Shown: positions 28,854-37,278 of the stretch, in pieces
How the letters are laid out: every line of letters begins with the position of its first letter
Position numbering within the stretch: the stretch's first letter is position 1
Virus record (IMG/VR): IMGVR_UViG_3300029286_001711
Direction: 5' to 3' (one strand)
Length of the DNA: 64,000 nt
DNA from: a virus
Lineage: Duplodnaviria; Caudoviricetes
Translations under genes and position numbers: made by a program
Notes under the pieces: generated by a model
The model's database searches: none
What the model was told of the DNA's origin: nothing
What the model saw: the letters and a program-made list of their open reading frames with translations, nothing else

Positions 28854-29287
28854 TCGTTTATATCGTTTAGATACTGTCTAATACTTCTTCTAAGTACTGG
28901 CGTATTAATTTCACTAAAAACAGTAACAAGTTCTTGGTATAACTTATTAACTAGGTATTTCTTATTTTCGTCAATAAAATAAGGTTTATCATCGACTACT
29001 ATGTAAACTTTATTATCATAGGCTTCAATCATATCGGTTTGCCACCTACCTATAACATAGTTATCTTCTAAATATTTTATCACATTATATTCAACCCCAA
29101 AAGGATCACCAATCCAATCGAAATCATTTTCTTCAGATTCTTTTAAGTATTTTTTGGTGTTATCCACCCCACATTTATGGCAAACATATGGATCATCACC
29201 ACCTTCAGATAATTTCCAAGACCACCCACATTCACAAGTAACTGATTTGACCTCTTCTTTTAATATTTTCTTAATTAAATCCCTCAT
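28850..29287 (-). CDS. Putative head-associated protein with a Zn-ribbon module
   Basis: MRDLIKKILKEE-CECG..CHKCG-YLKESEENDFDWIGD. Confidence 0.7.
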   Translation of the reverse strand: MRDLIKKILKEEVKSVTCECGWSWKLSEGGDDPYVCHKCGVDNTKKYLKESEENDFDWIGDPFGVEYNVIKYLEDNYVIGRWQTDMIEAYDNKVYIVVDDKPYFIDENKKYLVNKLYQELVTVFSEINTPVLRRSIRQYLNDIND

Positions 29288-29294
29288 ACTTCAT

Positions 29295-29302
29295 ATAAAT
29301 AT
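29295..29302 (-). promoter_or_regulatory. Putative late element ATATTTAT
   Basis: 7 nt upstream of ATG 29287. Confidence 0.7.
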
Positions 29303-29307
29303 CACGT

Positions 29308-29336
29308 AAAAAAAAAAGGGGGACTTAGTCCCCCTT
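29308..29336 (-). terminator. Intrinsic terminator after the major capsid gene
   Basis: GGGGGAC-taa-GTCCCCC followed by a U-run on the minus strand. Confidence 0.85.
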
Positions 29337-29357
29337 AGTTTTTATCTTAAATTAAGA

Positions 29358-31094
29358 TTATCTTAACTCTCTGATATCAAAAGTACGTAAACCGTCAACT
29401 CTGATGTGTCCGTAGAAACGGTTATTAACCATTTTCTTAGCGTAACGAGTCATGATACCTTTAACAGGTACGAAGTTAAACGGATTGTACATTGTAGGCG
29501 TAAGCTGCATCGGCACGTATGGTGCGTAGATGTAACCAGTGTCTAACAATGACTTACCTTTGTGTCCAATCAATACTGAGTATGATGGAGAATATGGGTC
29601 ACGATATACACTGTAACGTCCAGAAAGTGAACCGATTCTCTCGATACCCATGTTATACTGATCTTGCTCAGGAGCTGCGTTTGATACGTGGAAGTACTCT
29701 AAGTCATCCATTACCGCTGATACTTCAGACGATACAACAACGAAGTTAGCACCACCTCTTAAAGTAGCTTTGTGAATTTGAGCTGAGATTTGATTGATAG
29801 CTGTAATCAATGTCTGGTTCCAATCTTTTTGAGTGTAACCATTGTTGTTTGGTAAACGCTTCCAACCGTTGTAATCCCAACGTAATTGCCATGCCGCACC
29901 TTTACGTAAATCCATTAAGATTTCACGGTCAATTTCAGCTGCAACTTGCTCTGATAATAAAGCTGTTAATTCAGCTTCTGCATCAATGTTGTGGAATGCA
30001 CTAACGTCTTGAGCTAATTCAGGAGTCCAAGTAGCTCTTAACTTTCTTTCAGTAACGGAAACTGTTACAGATTCAAGTTCGAACGATACTTCACCCATTT
30101 CTGAAGTCATTTCAAGATCTTCGTACTGTCTCCAAGTAATCGCTACTGAAGCGTTAGTGATTGTAGTTGCTGTGTAGTTAGCTCCGATGTAACCATCAAA
30201 ACTACTTCTTTGACAACTAACACAAGTTGGATGAGTTAAATCTAGGTCGATATTAAGTTTTCCGTCTGGAGTACAAATATCACCATAGTCAACAATACCT
30301 CTACCGTATTTTTGAGTTAACAAACGGAAAGGAACAGTATTACCAACATTAAAAATTACTTGACCATCGATGTCAGTAATTGTTGTGTTTGCGATAACAG
30401 TTAATGAAGCTAAGAAAGATTCAGTATCCATCTCATTTCCATCAGGACCGATTAAACGACCAGGAGCTGAGTTGTTGAAACCAGTTACCTGAACGATTTG
30501 GTTACGTAATGAACCATCTGATGCTGCTGGAGTTTTACCTGCTGTAAGATTGAAACCACCAGTACAAGCTGTCCAAGTTACCGAAGTACCTGAAGCGATT
30601 TTTACTGTGATATTACCTTTTGACTGGTCAAACATACCATCATTATAGAATCTATCGTAAAGATTCTTTGCACAATTACCGAATACTGCTTCTGGACAGT
30701 TAACACATTCTGCTACATACATTGAATTGTGTGTACCATCTGAGTTTCTATCAGAAGTCTTAGGTACGAAGTAGAACAATTTACCGATAGGTAAGTTCAA
30801 AGCTTGTACTGATACGATGTCGTTCGCTAATAATTTAGAGAATACACGTCTAACGATAGGGAAAACTACAGTCTCGAAAGAACCAGTAGATTGACCACCA
30901 GCTGCTTGAGTTGACTCGTTAATAAGAACTGATGCTTGGTTTTCATATAACAAAGCGATGTTCTCTCTAATGTGGCCTTCTAAGCCCTCAAGGAATCCTA
31001 ATGAATCCCATTTGTTTACAGTTGCCTCACGGATAGCCTTTTGGTGCTTTAATCCGATATTACCAACTTCACCTGATTTTAATAAATATCCCAT
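29358..31094 (-). CDS. gp23: Major capsid protein, T4 gp23-like
   Basis: PIVRRVF..L.ANDIVSVQ.L..P.G, RKLRA.WT.ELAQD, ELTALLSEQVAAEIDRE, YAPYVP, KGIMTRY. Confidence 0.97.
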   Translation of the reverse strand: MGYLLKSGEVGNIGLKHQKAIREATVNKWDSLGFLEGLEGHIRENIALLYENQASVLINESTQAAGGQSTGSFETVVFPIVRRVFSKLLANDIVSVQALNLPIGKLFYFVPKTSDRNSDGTHNSMYVAECVNCPEAVFGNCAKNLYDRFYNDGMFDQSKGNITVKIASGTSVTWTACTGGFNLTAGKTPAASDGSLRNQIVQVTGFNNSAPGRLIGPDGNEMDTESFLASLTVIANTTITDIDGQVIFNVGNTVPFRLLTQKYGRGIVDYGDICTPDGKLNIDLDLTHPTCVSCQRSSFDGYIGANYTATTITNASVAITWRQYEDLEMTSEMGEVSFELESVTVSVTERKLRATWTPELAQDVSAFHNIDAEAELTALLSEQVAAEIDREILMDLRKGAAWQLRWDYNGWKRLPNNNGYTQKDWNQTLITAINQISAQIHKATLRGGANFVVVSSEVSAVMDDLEYFHVSNAAPEQDQYNMGIERIGSLSGRYSVYRDPYSPSYSVLIGHKGKSLLDTGYIYAPYVPMQLTPTMYNPFNFVPVKGIMTRYAKKMVNNRFYGHIRVDGLRTFDIRELR

Positions 31095-31123
31095 TTTTGT
31101 AGGTTTTTTTGTTTTTATTGTTA

Positions 31124-32506
31124 TTATTTTTTATAATTGTATTCCCAAAGTTTCTTCATTTCTTTTAACTCTGGATGTACAAAGACGCTTTGTTCACTAA
31201 TTTGTGATGCCCCACTTGAAGCCGTTTTGTTAATCTTCTCGTCGATTGACTCCTTAATTGGAGCTTTACCACTTGAATATTCCTTCATCAGTTGCTTATA
31301 AATAGACTGTGATTCTTTAATGCTCTTAGCACCATCAAGTCTTTTTAAAATTTCTTGTTTTTCGTCTTTTGTAGTGGAATTCTCAGTAAATAGTCTTACA
31401 GCGTAAGTAAGATTACTATTAAAAACTGCTACTTCTTGAAGTTTAGTTCTGAACTGTTTAAGAGCGTCAACCATTTTATCGTGATTCCCTTTAAGTTCTT
31501 TGTTCTCATTTTCAAGAGTTAGGTTTTTTGTATTTAAACTTGTATTTTCTTTTCTAAGTTTTATAACTTTAGATTCAGTCACACTCTCATGTGTAATACC
31601 CGCTCTAGAACCTTGTCCTTGTTTAATACGCTTGTATTTTAAATTATGAGACATGTAATCAGTATCTTTTGGCCCACTCATGTATGACATATTATCTTCA
31701 TTTTCTTCTTCTTCTTCACCAGCTTCGAATTCCATAGATTCGGTAGATTCGTGTCCATAAGACTCACCATCTTCATCATCATCTACTACAATTTCGTAGA
31801 TGATTCCCTCTTCTAAAGTATCGTTGTCAGTGCCTTCACCTAATTCAAGTTCTGGTTCCATTTCGATTTCAGAAGTTTCAACACTTCCAATTCCTTGACC
31901 ACCACCTGCGTTAAGTTCGATACGATATTCTGAACCAGATTTATTATCTTTTAAGGTTACCATTCCGTTGTCATTTACAACTTCGATTTCATCTTCTGGG
32001 CCCATTTTCTTAAAAACAGAGATTACATCGGAGTCACTAGCACCTGTAAGGTCCATAGTTTCAACATCAGTTTCGTCACCTAGACCTAAGTCAGTGTTAT
32101 CCTCACCGCCGAAATCAAGACCACCTAAATCAGTGTCTTCACCTCCGTCGTCAAGTCCACCTAAGTCTAAGTCAATATCTTCAGTGTCATCTAAATCTTC
32201 GTCCTCGTCTCCAAGTTCAAGATCTAATTCACCTTCAATACCTTCTTCACCTTCTGTGTTTTCGTCCTCATCACCTTCTCCTTCAACTTCGTCATCAGAA
32301 TCCAATTCTAAGTCCAAATCTAATTCATCCTCTTCCTTCAAATTCCTTTTTTTCTTCGAACCAGTTAATGATTCCTTTACCATTTCTTCAATTTCTGAAC
32401 CCATTGTGTGAGCCAGTATTTCTTTTGCGTTGGATTTGAAAGTGGCGTCAATTTGTGATGCCTCAAGAAGAGCTTCCTCAATAATCGATTTCTTTTCGTT
32501 TGCCAT
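31124..32506 (-). CDS. gp22: Prohead core scaffold protein, gp22-like (ATG at 32506)
   Basis: Very acidic centre, coiled-coil C-terminus, many LxE sites; directly upstream of the capsid gene. Confidence 0.75.
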   Translation of the reverse strand: MANEKKSIIEEALLEASQIDATFKSNAKEILAHTMGSEIEEMVKESLTGSKKKRNLKEEDELDLDLELDSDDEVEGEGDEDENTEGEEGIEGELDLELGDEDEDLDDTEDIDLDLGGLDDGGEDTDLGGLDFGGEDNTDLGLGDETDVETMDLTGASDSDVISVFKKMGPEDEIEVVNDNGMVTLKDNKSGSEYRIELNAGGGQGIGSVETSEIEMEPELELGEGTDNDTLEEGIIYEIVVDDDEDGESYGHESTESMEFEAGEEEEENEDNMSYMSGPKDTDYMSHNLKYKRIKQGQGSRAGITHESVTESKVIKLRKENTSLNTKNLTLENENKELKGNHDKMVDALKQFRTKLQEVAVFNSNLTYAVRLFTENSTTKDEKQEILKRLDGAKSIKESQSIYKQLMKEYSSGKAPIKESIDEKINKTASSGASQISEQSVFVHPELKEMKKLWEYNYKK

Positions 32507-32564
32507 TTTCAATTTATTTTGTTTATGGTTATTTTACTTGCAAGTATATCTGCAAGATTTCTAA

Positions 32565-32572
32565 ATAAATAT
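32565..32572 (-). promoter_or_regulatory. Putative late element ATATTTAT (scaffold-capsid operon)
   Basis: 58 nt upstream of 32506. Confidence 0.6.
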
Positions 32573-32637
32573 GTTTGCCAAACGCAAAGTGCAAATAGTC
32601 AAGAGAAATAAGTGAAAATTTTTATTTAAAATGGTGG

Positions 32638-32645
32638 ATATTTAT
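32638..32645 (+). promoter_or_regulatory. Putative late element ATATTTAT
   Basis: 5 nt before ATG 32651. Confidence 0.7.
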
Positions 32646-32650
32646 TATTA

Positions 32651-33124
32651 ATGAAAAGAAACATTAAAAATATCTTAAGAGAATTTACTGAAAACCGTAT
32701 CAAAACTGAGAATTTTGATAAAAAAGTAGATTATATGCAAAAGAAAGCAAAAGAAAATTCAAACTATCCTGAGGCTACAGAAAAAGTTAGTTACATGAAA
32801 GATAAGATAGAAAAAGATGTTAGAGACGCATATATTGATGTAACTGGTGAAGAACCCGTTAATGATGAAATTGTTATTACCGTTGATGATAACATTAAAG
32901 ACGGTAAGATTGGATCATTCAAACATCCAGAAAATGGAAAAGACCTTGGAGATATGAAAATACACCCCAAGGCCTTAAAAGATACAGAATACGTTAAAGA
33001 TATTATTAAACACGAATTAATTCATGCAGCTCACGGAGTTGAAGACACCGAAGGTAGAAACCATGGTGGTGTGTTTCAAAAAGTGGCTGACCGTGTTGGT
33101 TTACCTAAAAAATATCGTAATTAA
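32651..33124 (+). CDS. SprT-like zinc metallopeptidase
   Basis: IIKHELIHA...NHGGVFQ (HExxH + HG..F). Confidence 0.75.
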   Translation: MKRNIKNILREFTENRIKTENFDKKVDYMQKKAKENSNYPEATEKVSYMKDKIEKDVRDAYIDVTGEEPVNDEIVITVDDNIKDGKIGSFKHPENGKDLGDMKIHPKALKDTEYVKDIIKHELIHAAHGVEDTEGRNHGGVFQKVADRVGLPKKYRN

Positions 33125-33372
33125 GATTTAGATACCACCTTAACTGGTTCAGGAACTGTAACAACATCTTCAATGTCACTCTTAGTTGCCCCAACTACTT
33201 CATAATCCAAAACAGAATCCTTTAAATACAAACGTACACGAGCCTCAGCTTCAGTACAAGTCATTGCATCCACAAGATACTTAGTTTTAATTTTTTTTAA
33301 TTTACCATTTTGTTCGTTAATTGTTTCGAACTCAACCTTTACAAGGTAATACTTTGCTACATTATCTTCCAT
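33121..33372 (-). CDS. DUF4494-family protein
   Basis: YLVDAMTCTEAEAR; family typical of Bacteroidota. Confidence 0.75.
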   Translation of the reverse strand: MEDNVAKYYLVKVEFETINEQNGKLKKIKTKYLVDAMTCTEAEARVRLYLKDSVLDYEVVGATKSDIEDVVTVPEPVKVVSKS

Positions 33373-33401
33373 AATTTATAATTTTATATAATAATTTTAT
33401 C

Positions 33402-33434
33402 AAAAAAAAAGGGATATGTAAATCATATCCCCTT
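33402..33434 (-). terminator. Intrinsic terminator
   Basis: Stem GGGATATG/CATATCCC with an A9 run on +. Confidence 0.8.
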
Positions 33435-33456
33435 ATTTAATATTTTTATTTGTATA

Positions 33457-33924
33457 TTACTCTTCGTTATCTAAATCTCTTGGAGTAGGTTTACCGCCTC
33501 TAAGATGACCTAAATGTTTCTTCTCTACATTAATAAGTGACTCTCTTAATTTTTTTAAGGGTTCATCCATAGATGTTAAAAAACTTTCCATTTCTTTTCT
33601 AAAAGTATCGTCTAACATATCTGAATGAACGTTTTCAATACCTTTTAAAGCCTCAACAATTTTATTATAATTTCCTTTTACAATACCTAGATACGCACCA
33701 GCGTGTTGTGCGTACATATTGGGGTCGTCATAACCACCAATTTCATTAATTCTACTTTCTTTTATTATATTATTTTTGTGTTTTTCTATTATAGATTCAA
33801 CACTTTCATAACCTCTTTTATCTACCGATTTAAGTTTATCTAAGAAAGTATTTAAAGACATATCCAATAATTTAGGATTCCAATCTTCTCCGTGGTGTTC
33901 TTTAAGTCTTCGGTTGTTTTTCAT
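33457..33924 (-). CDS. Putative head-associated hypothetical protein
   Basis: RRLKEH and IIKESRINEIG motifs; late element at 33993-34000. Confidence 0.7.
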   Translation of the reverse strand: MKNNRRLKEHHGEDWNPKLLDMSLNTFLDKLKSVDKRGYESVESIIEKHKNNIIKESRINEIGGYDDPNMYAQHAGAYLGIVKGNYNKIVEALKGIENVHSDMLDDTFRKEMESFLTSMDEPLKKLRESLINVEKKHLGHLRGGKPTPRDLDNEE

Positions 33925-34005
33925 TTTTTTTCTGCTAGCTGCTTTTTGATCTTTTTTGCTTAAGCTGCTTTTTGCTAAAGCAGCTGCAAAAAATAAATAT
34001 CTTAT

Positions 34006-34818
34006 TTATCTTAAAAAATTATTTAATCCTTGTAATAATTTTTGATTTTTCGTGTTGGTAATATCAGTGAAGGGGATTGTTGTTGGCTTATATTCTTCTA
34101 CTAAGCTCCATTGACAAGTGTATCCATTACAACCCATTTTATTTTCTACCGATTCAGTATATGTTTTTAAATCTGAAGAATCTGAAGATATCCACGAACC
34201 TGGGGTTGATGGTGAAGTTACAATATCCCAACAAATTAATTCGAAGTCGTCTTGAACAACATTCTTACCACCTTCTTGTTTAAGGGATCCAACACCACGA
34301 GATGAAATACCAACTGTCCAACCTTTTCTAATCATGTTGACAACCTTGTCACCGACAGAACTAATAACACCTAATTTATGATAACCTGGGGTAGTATCTA
34401 GTTCTAATTTACCCATTAAGGTTTTACCTTCCCACCAAGTTTCTGTGATTCTATGCGAAACTCTATCAGCATCAATGATTGATGATTCTGGGTGGTTTAA
34501 TTCACCAAGTGAGGTTCCCATTTTAATATATTCTTGATATCTATCATTTTCTCTTTCAAGAATCTCTTTAGGATATATCCTTCCGTTTTTATTTTCAATA
34601 CCCCATTTTTGAAGTACGGCATAAACAATAACCACATCAGGCAAACTACCGTCTTTACCGATATTTGTACCTGATTTAAATTCATTTAATGTTAATAAAT
34701 GTTCTTTAATTAAATCGGAATTCTTTCTACCTTTGTATGTTAAATCAGGGGAAATGTATCCAGAGTCGTATTCAACTAAAATACCTTTACCTGTATCACC
34801 TGGTCTTAAAATTTTCAT
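34006..34818 (-). CDS. gp21: Prohead maturation protease, T4 gp21-like (ATG at 34818)
   Basis: GELNHP, GISSRGVGSL, DFELICWDIVTSPS (His/Ser/Asp triad). Confidence 0.95.
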   Translation of the reverse strand: MKILRPGDTGKGILVEYDSGYISPDLTYKGRKNSDLIKEHLLTLNEFKSGTNIGKDGSLPDVVIVYAVLQKWGIENKNGRIYPKEILERENDRYQEYIKMGTSLGELNHPESSIIDADRVSHRITETWWEGKTLMGKLELDTTPGYHKLGVISSVGDKVVNMIRKGWTVGISSRGVGSLKQEGGKNVVQDDFELICWDIVTSPSTPGSWISSDSSDLKTYTESVENKMGCNGYTCQWSLVEEYKPTTIPFTDITNTKNQKLLQGLNNFLR

Positions 34819-34834
34819 ATGCAAAGTTTTATTA

Positions 34835-34863
34835 ATAAATATGCCATAAATATCGATATTTAT
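34835..34863. promoter_or_regulatory. Divergent late-element cluster containing the perfect 18-bp palindrome ATAAATATCGATATTTAT (34846-34863)
   Basis: Three copies of the motif between the divergent protease and CCA genes. Confidence 0.75.
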
Positions 34864-34868
34864 CTTAT

Positions 34869-36809
34869 ATGAAGAATGTGGTTAGAAAAATCTTAAAAGA
34901 GAATGATTTTGATTGGGTCGGTGATATATTAAATTCAGAATATTTCCCTGCAACACCAGATATGTTAACCGTAGGTACAAAAATTATTGTAGACGGACGT
35001 GAATTAGATGATGATGAAATTACCCTGGATGAATGGGAAATGGAACCTGGAACTATAATTTCTATTGAAAAATACAATGATAATGATATTATATTAGTTA
35101 AATTTGATAATTGGATTAGTCCAGAGGGTAACAATATTGTCTTAAACTCCAGCCCAATGTGGAAAAATAAAAGGGAGGAATGTGCCGGAGATAATTGTTG
35201 GTCTTTTGTGAGAGAATATAGAAAATACCCCAATGAAGTTGATATTGACATATACTTACTAAACCCTAATTATAAAGAAAAATTGAAAGAAGAAACTATA
35301 AGAAGAGAATTAAAAATGGAACTACCAGATTCCGTATTAAGAATGAACCGTATTTTTAAAGAAAACGGTCATGAATTATATGTTGTTGGTGGTGCTGTTA
35401 GAGATTTATTAAATAAACAAGAGCCAAAAGATTTTGATTTGGCAACTGATGCTACACCAGAAAAAGTTAAATCCATGTTACGTATGTATCGTACGATAGA
35501 TATGGGGGAACAATTCGCTATTGTTAATGTTGTTACAGAAAATGGTCAATATGAGATTGCCACATTCCGTAAGGATATTGGTAAAGGTAGAAGACCCGAT
35601 TCAGTAGAGTATACTTCAATCGACCAAGATGTATTACGTAGAGATTTAACAATGAATGCTCTTTTCTATGATATAGATAAGGGTGAAGTAGTTGACTTGG
35701 TTGGTGGTATTGGTGACATAGAAAGTAACATAGTTAGGACCGTTGGTTCCGCATCCGAACGCTTTGATGAAGATAAGTTACGTATACTTAGAGCACTTAG
35801 GTTTGCAGCTAGAGTGGGTTCTGAATTAGATAAAGACATTATTGATGCAATAACCAAAGATAAAACACCCATTAGTGGTAATGGTTTACCGTTATCTCAA
35901 GAAAGAATTAGAGATGAATTTTTAAAAGGTATTAAACAGGCACAATCTGTTGGTTATTTTACTCAGATGATTGACAAGTATAATTTATGGGATTGGATAT
36001 TCTCACGTCTAGTAGTTACAACGGAACCAATGATTGAGACTAAAAATCCTTTAATATTAATAGCTACTTTATTGAGAAGTAACGATGTTAGATTAGTTGA
36101 AAAAACTTTAGTTGACAGACTTAAGTATACTTCAGACGAGGGTAAACAGATTAGTTTCTTAATACAGTTTTTAGGTTTAAACTCTAGTAATGCATTTAAA
36201 TTGAGGGAAAAATTTGAAACTAGTAAATTAGATGAAACAACTTTAATTGATTTCGCTAGATTTAACGGTATGAATATGAAATTAGTCGAAGCTTTCATAA
36301 AATATCGTATTACTACATCTGGTGATGCTCTTAAAAGAAGGGGGTTAGTGGGTAAGGAAATTGGTAATGAAAAGGAGAGATTAGAAAAAGAGATTTTTGA
36401 TAAACTCATAACCGAATCTAAAAGAAGTGTCTCCTATTCAGCTATAGTATTAACTGAAGAATCTAGAAGTAGACTACTTGAGTACGTTAAGACACCTGGT
36501 AATGATTTATTTGCAACTTGGGAAACTTTAGCTCACCATATGACTATTAATATGGGACCATTAAAAGATGAATACCGACCATTATTAGGTCAGTCATTTG
36601 ATTTATTGATTACTCACATCGGTAGAACGGATAAAGTTTTAGCTGTTAAAGTAGATACCGAATTTAGAACCAAAAATTTAAACCCGCATATTACTGTGGC
36701 GGTAAATAAAGGTGAGGGTGGTAAACCAGCAATGGCAAATCAAATAGACCAATGGACCCCTGTATACCCTTTCGAAGTGGAAGGTAAACTAGAAGAAATA
36801 TATTTCTAA
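34869..36809 (+). CDS. cca: CCA-adding/poly(A) polymerase-family tRNA nucleotidyltransferase with an N-terminal extra domain and a C-terminal 2H phosphoesterase
   Basis: VGGAVRD..DFDLATD, RRDLTMNA, RFDEDKLRILRALRF; C-terminal HHMTI and PHITV (two HxT motifs); no HD domain. Confidence 0.9.
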   Translation: MKNVVRKILKENDFDWVGDILNSEYFPATPDMLTVGTKIIVDGRELDDDEITLDEWEMEPGTIISIEKYNDNDIILVKFDNWISPEGNNIVLNSSPMWKNKREECAGDNCWSFVREYRKYPNEVDIDIYLLNPNYKEKLKEETIRRELKMELPDSVLRMNRIFKENGHELYVVGGAVRDLLNKQEPKDFDLATDATPEKVKSMLRMYRTIDMGEQFAIVNVVTENGQYEIATFRKDIGKGRRPDSVEYTSIDQDVLRRDLTMNALFYDIDKGEVVDLVGGIGDIESNIVRTVGSASERFDEDKLRILRALRFAARVGSELDKDIIDAITKDKTPISGNGLPLSQERIRDEFLKGIKQAQSVGYFTQMIDKYNLWDWIFSRLVVTTEPMIETKNPLILIATLLRSNDVRLVEKTLVDRLKYTSDEGKQISFLIQFLGLNSSNAFKLREKFETSKLDETTLIDFARFNGMNMKLVEAFIKYRITTSGDALKRRGLVGKEIGNEKERLEKEIFDKLITESKRSVSYSAIVLTEESRSRLLEYVKTPGNDLFATWETLAHHMTINMGPLKDEYRPLLGQSFDLLITHIGRTDKVLAVKVDTEFRTKNLNPHITVAVNKGEGGKPAMANQIDQWTPVYPFEVEGKLEEIYF

Positions 36810-36810
36810 T

Positions 36811-36836
36811 AAAAAACCCCGATTTCTCGGGGTTTT
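36811..36836. terminator. Bidirectional intrinsic terminator
   Basis: AAAAAACCCCGA-tttc-TCGGGGTTTT; nearly identical to the one at 26253. Confidence 0.9.
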
Positions 36837-36842
36837 GTGTTT

Positions 36843-37274
36843 CTAGTTCTTTTTCCTGTAAAATTTAAAATCTTCATCAACTTCAAATACATCGGTTATT
36901 ATCTTTTCCGATATCTTATTAAGTTTTGGTAGTAGTTTATCTGAATTAACTGGTGTTGGTTCCTTCTGGAATAACGTCATCTCTACAGACATAAAACTTC
37001 TTTTATCATGTGAAATACCTGATGATGCCATATTAAAATCCACTATTGCTTTACCAAAAAAATGATTTGTATCTAATACTTCAAATAATTTTCTCTTAAT
37101 TTTTTTAGATTTTTGTTTTATAACACCGTCAAAATTTTCCTCATACTTATTTTTTGGTTTTCCCCACGCTGATATCTGAATATAAATTGATTCAGGATTT
37201 CTGTTGTCAACCGTACCCGATATCACATTGTAGTCGTAAGGTAGATTTAATCTAATCTCTTTTCCTCTTTTCAT
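36843..37274 (-). CDS. Hypothetical protein
   Basis: 143-aa ORF. Confidence 0.7.
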   Translation of the reverse strand: MKRGKEIRLNLPYDYNVISGTVDNRNPESIYIQISAWGKPKNKYEENFDGVIKQKSKKIKRKLFEVLDTNHFFGKAIVDFNMASSGISHDKRSFMSVEMTLFQKEPTPVNSDKLLPKLNKISEKIITDVFEVDEDFKFYRKKN

Positions 37275-37278
37275 GAAA

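Noticed and set aside
26253-36836. Near-identical CCCCGA...TCGGGG hairpins as a mobile repeat (REP/MITE)
   Set aside because: Only two short copies, both between convergent genes with A/U tails; ordinary bidirectional terminators
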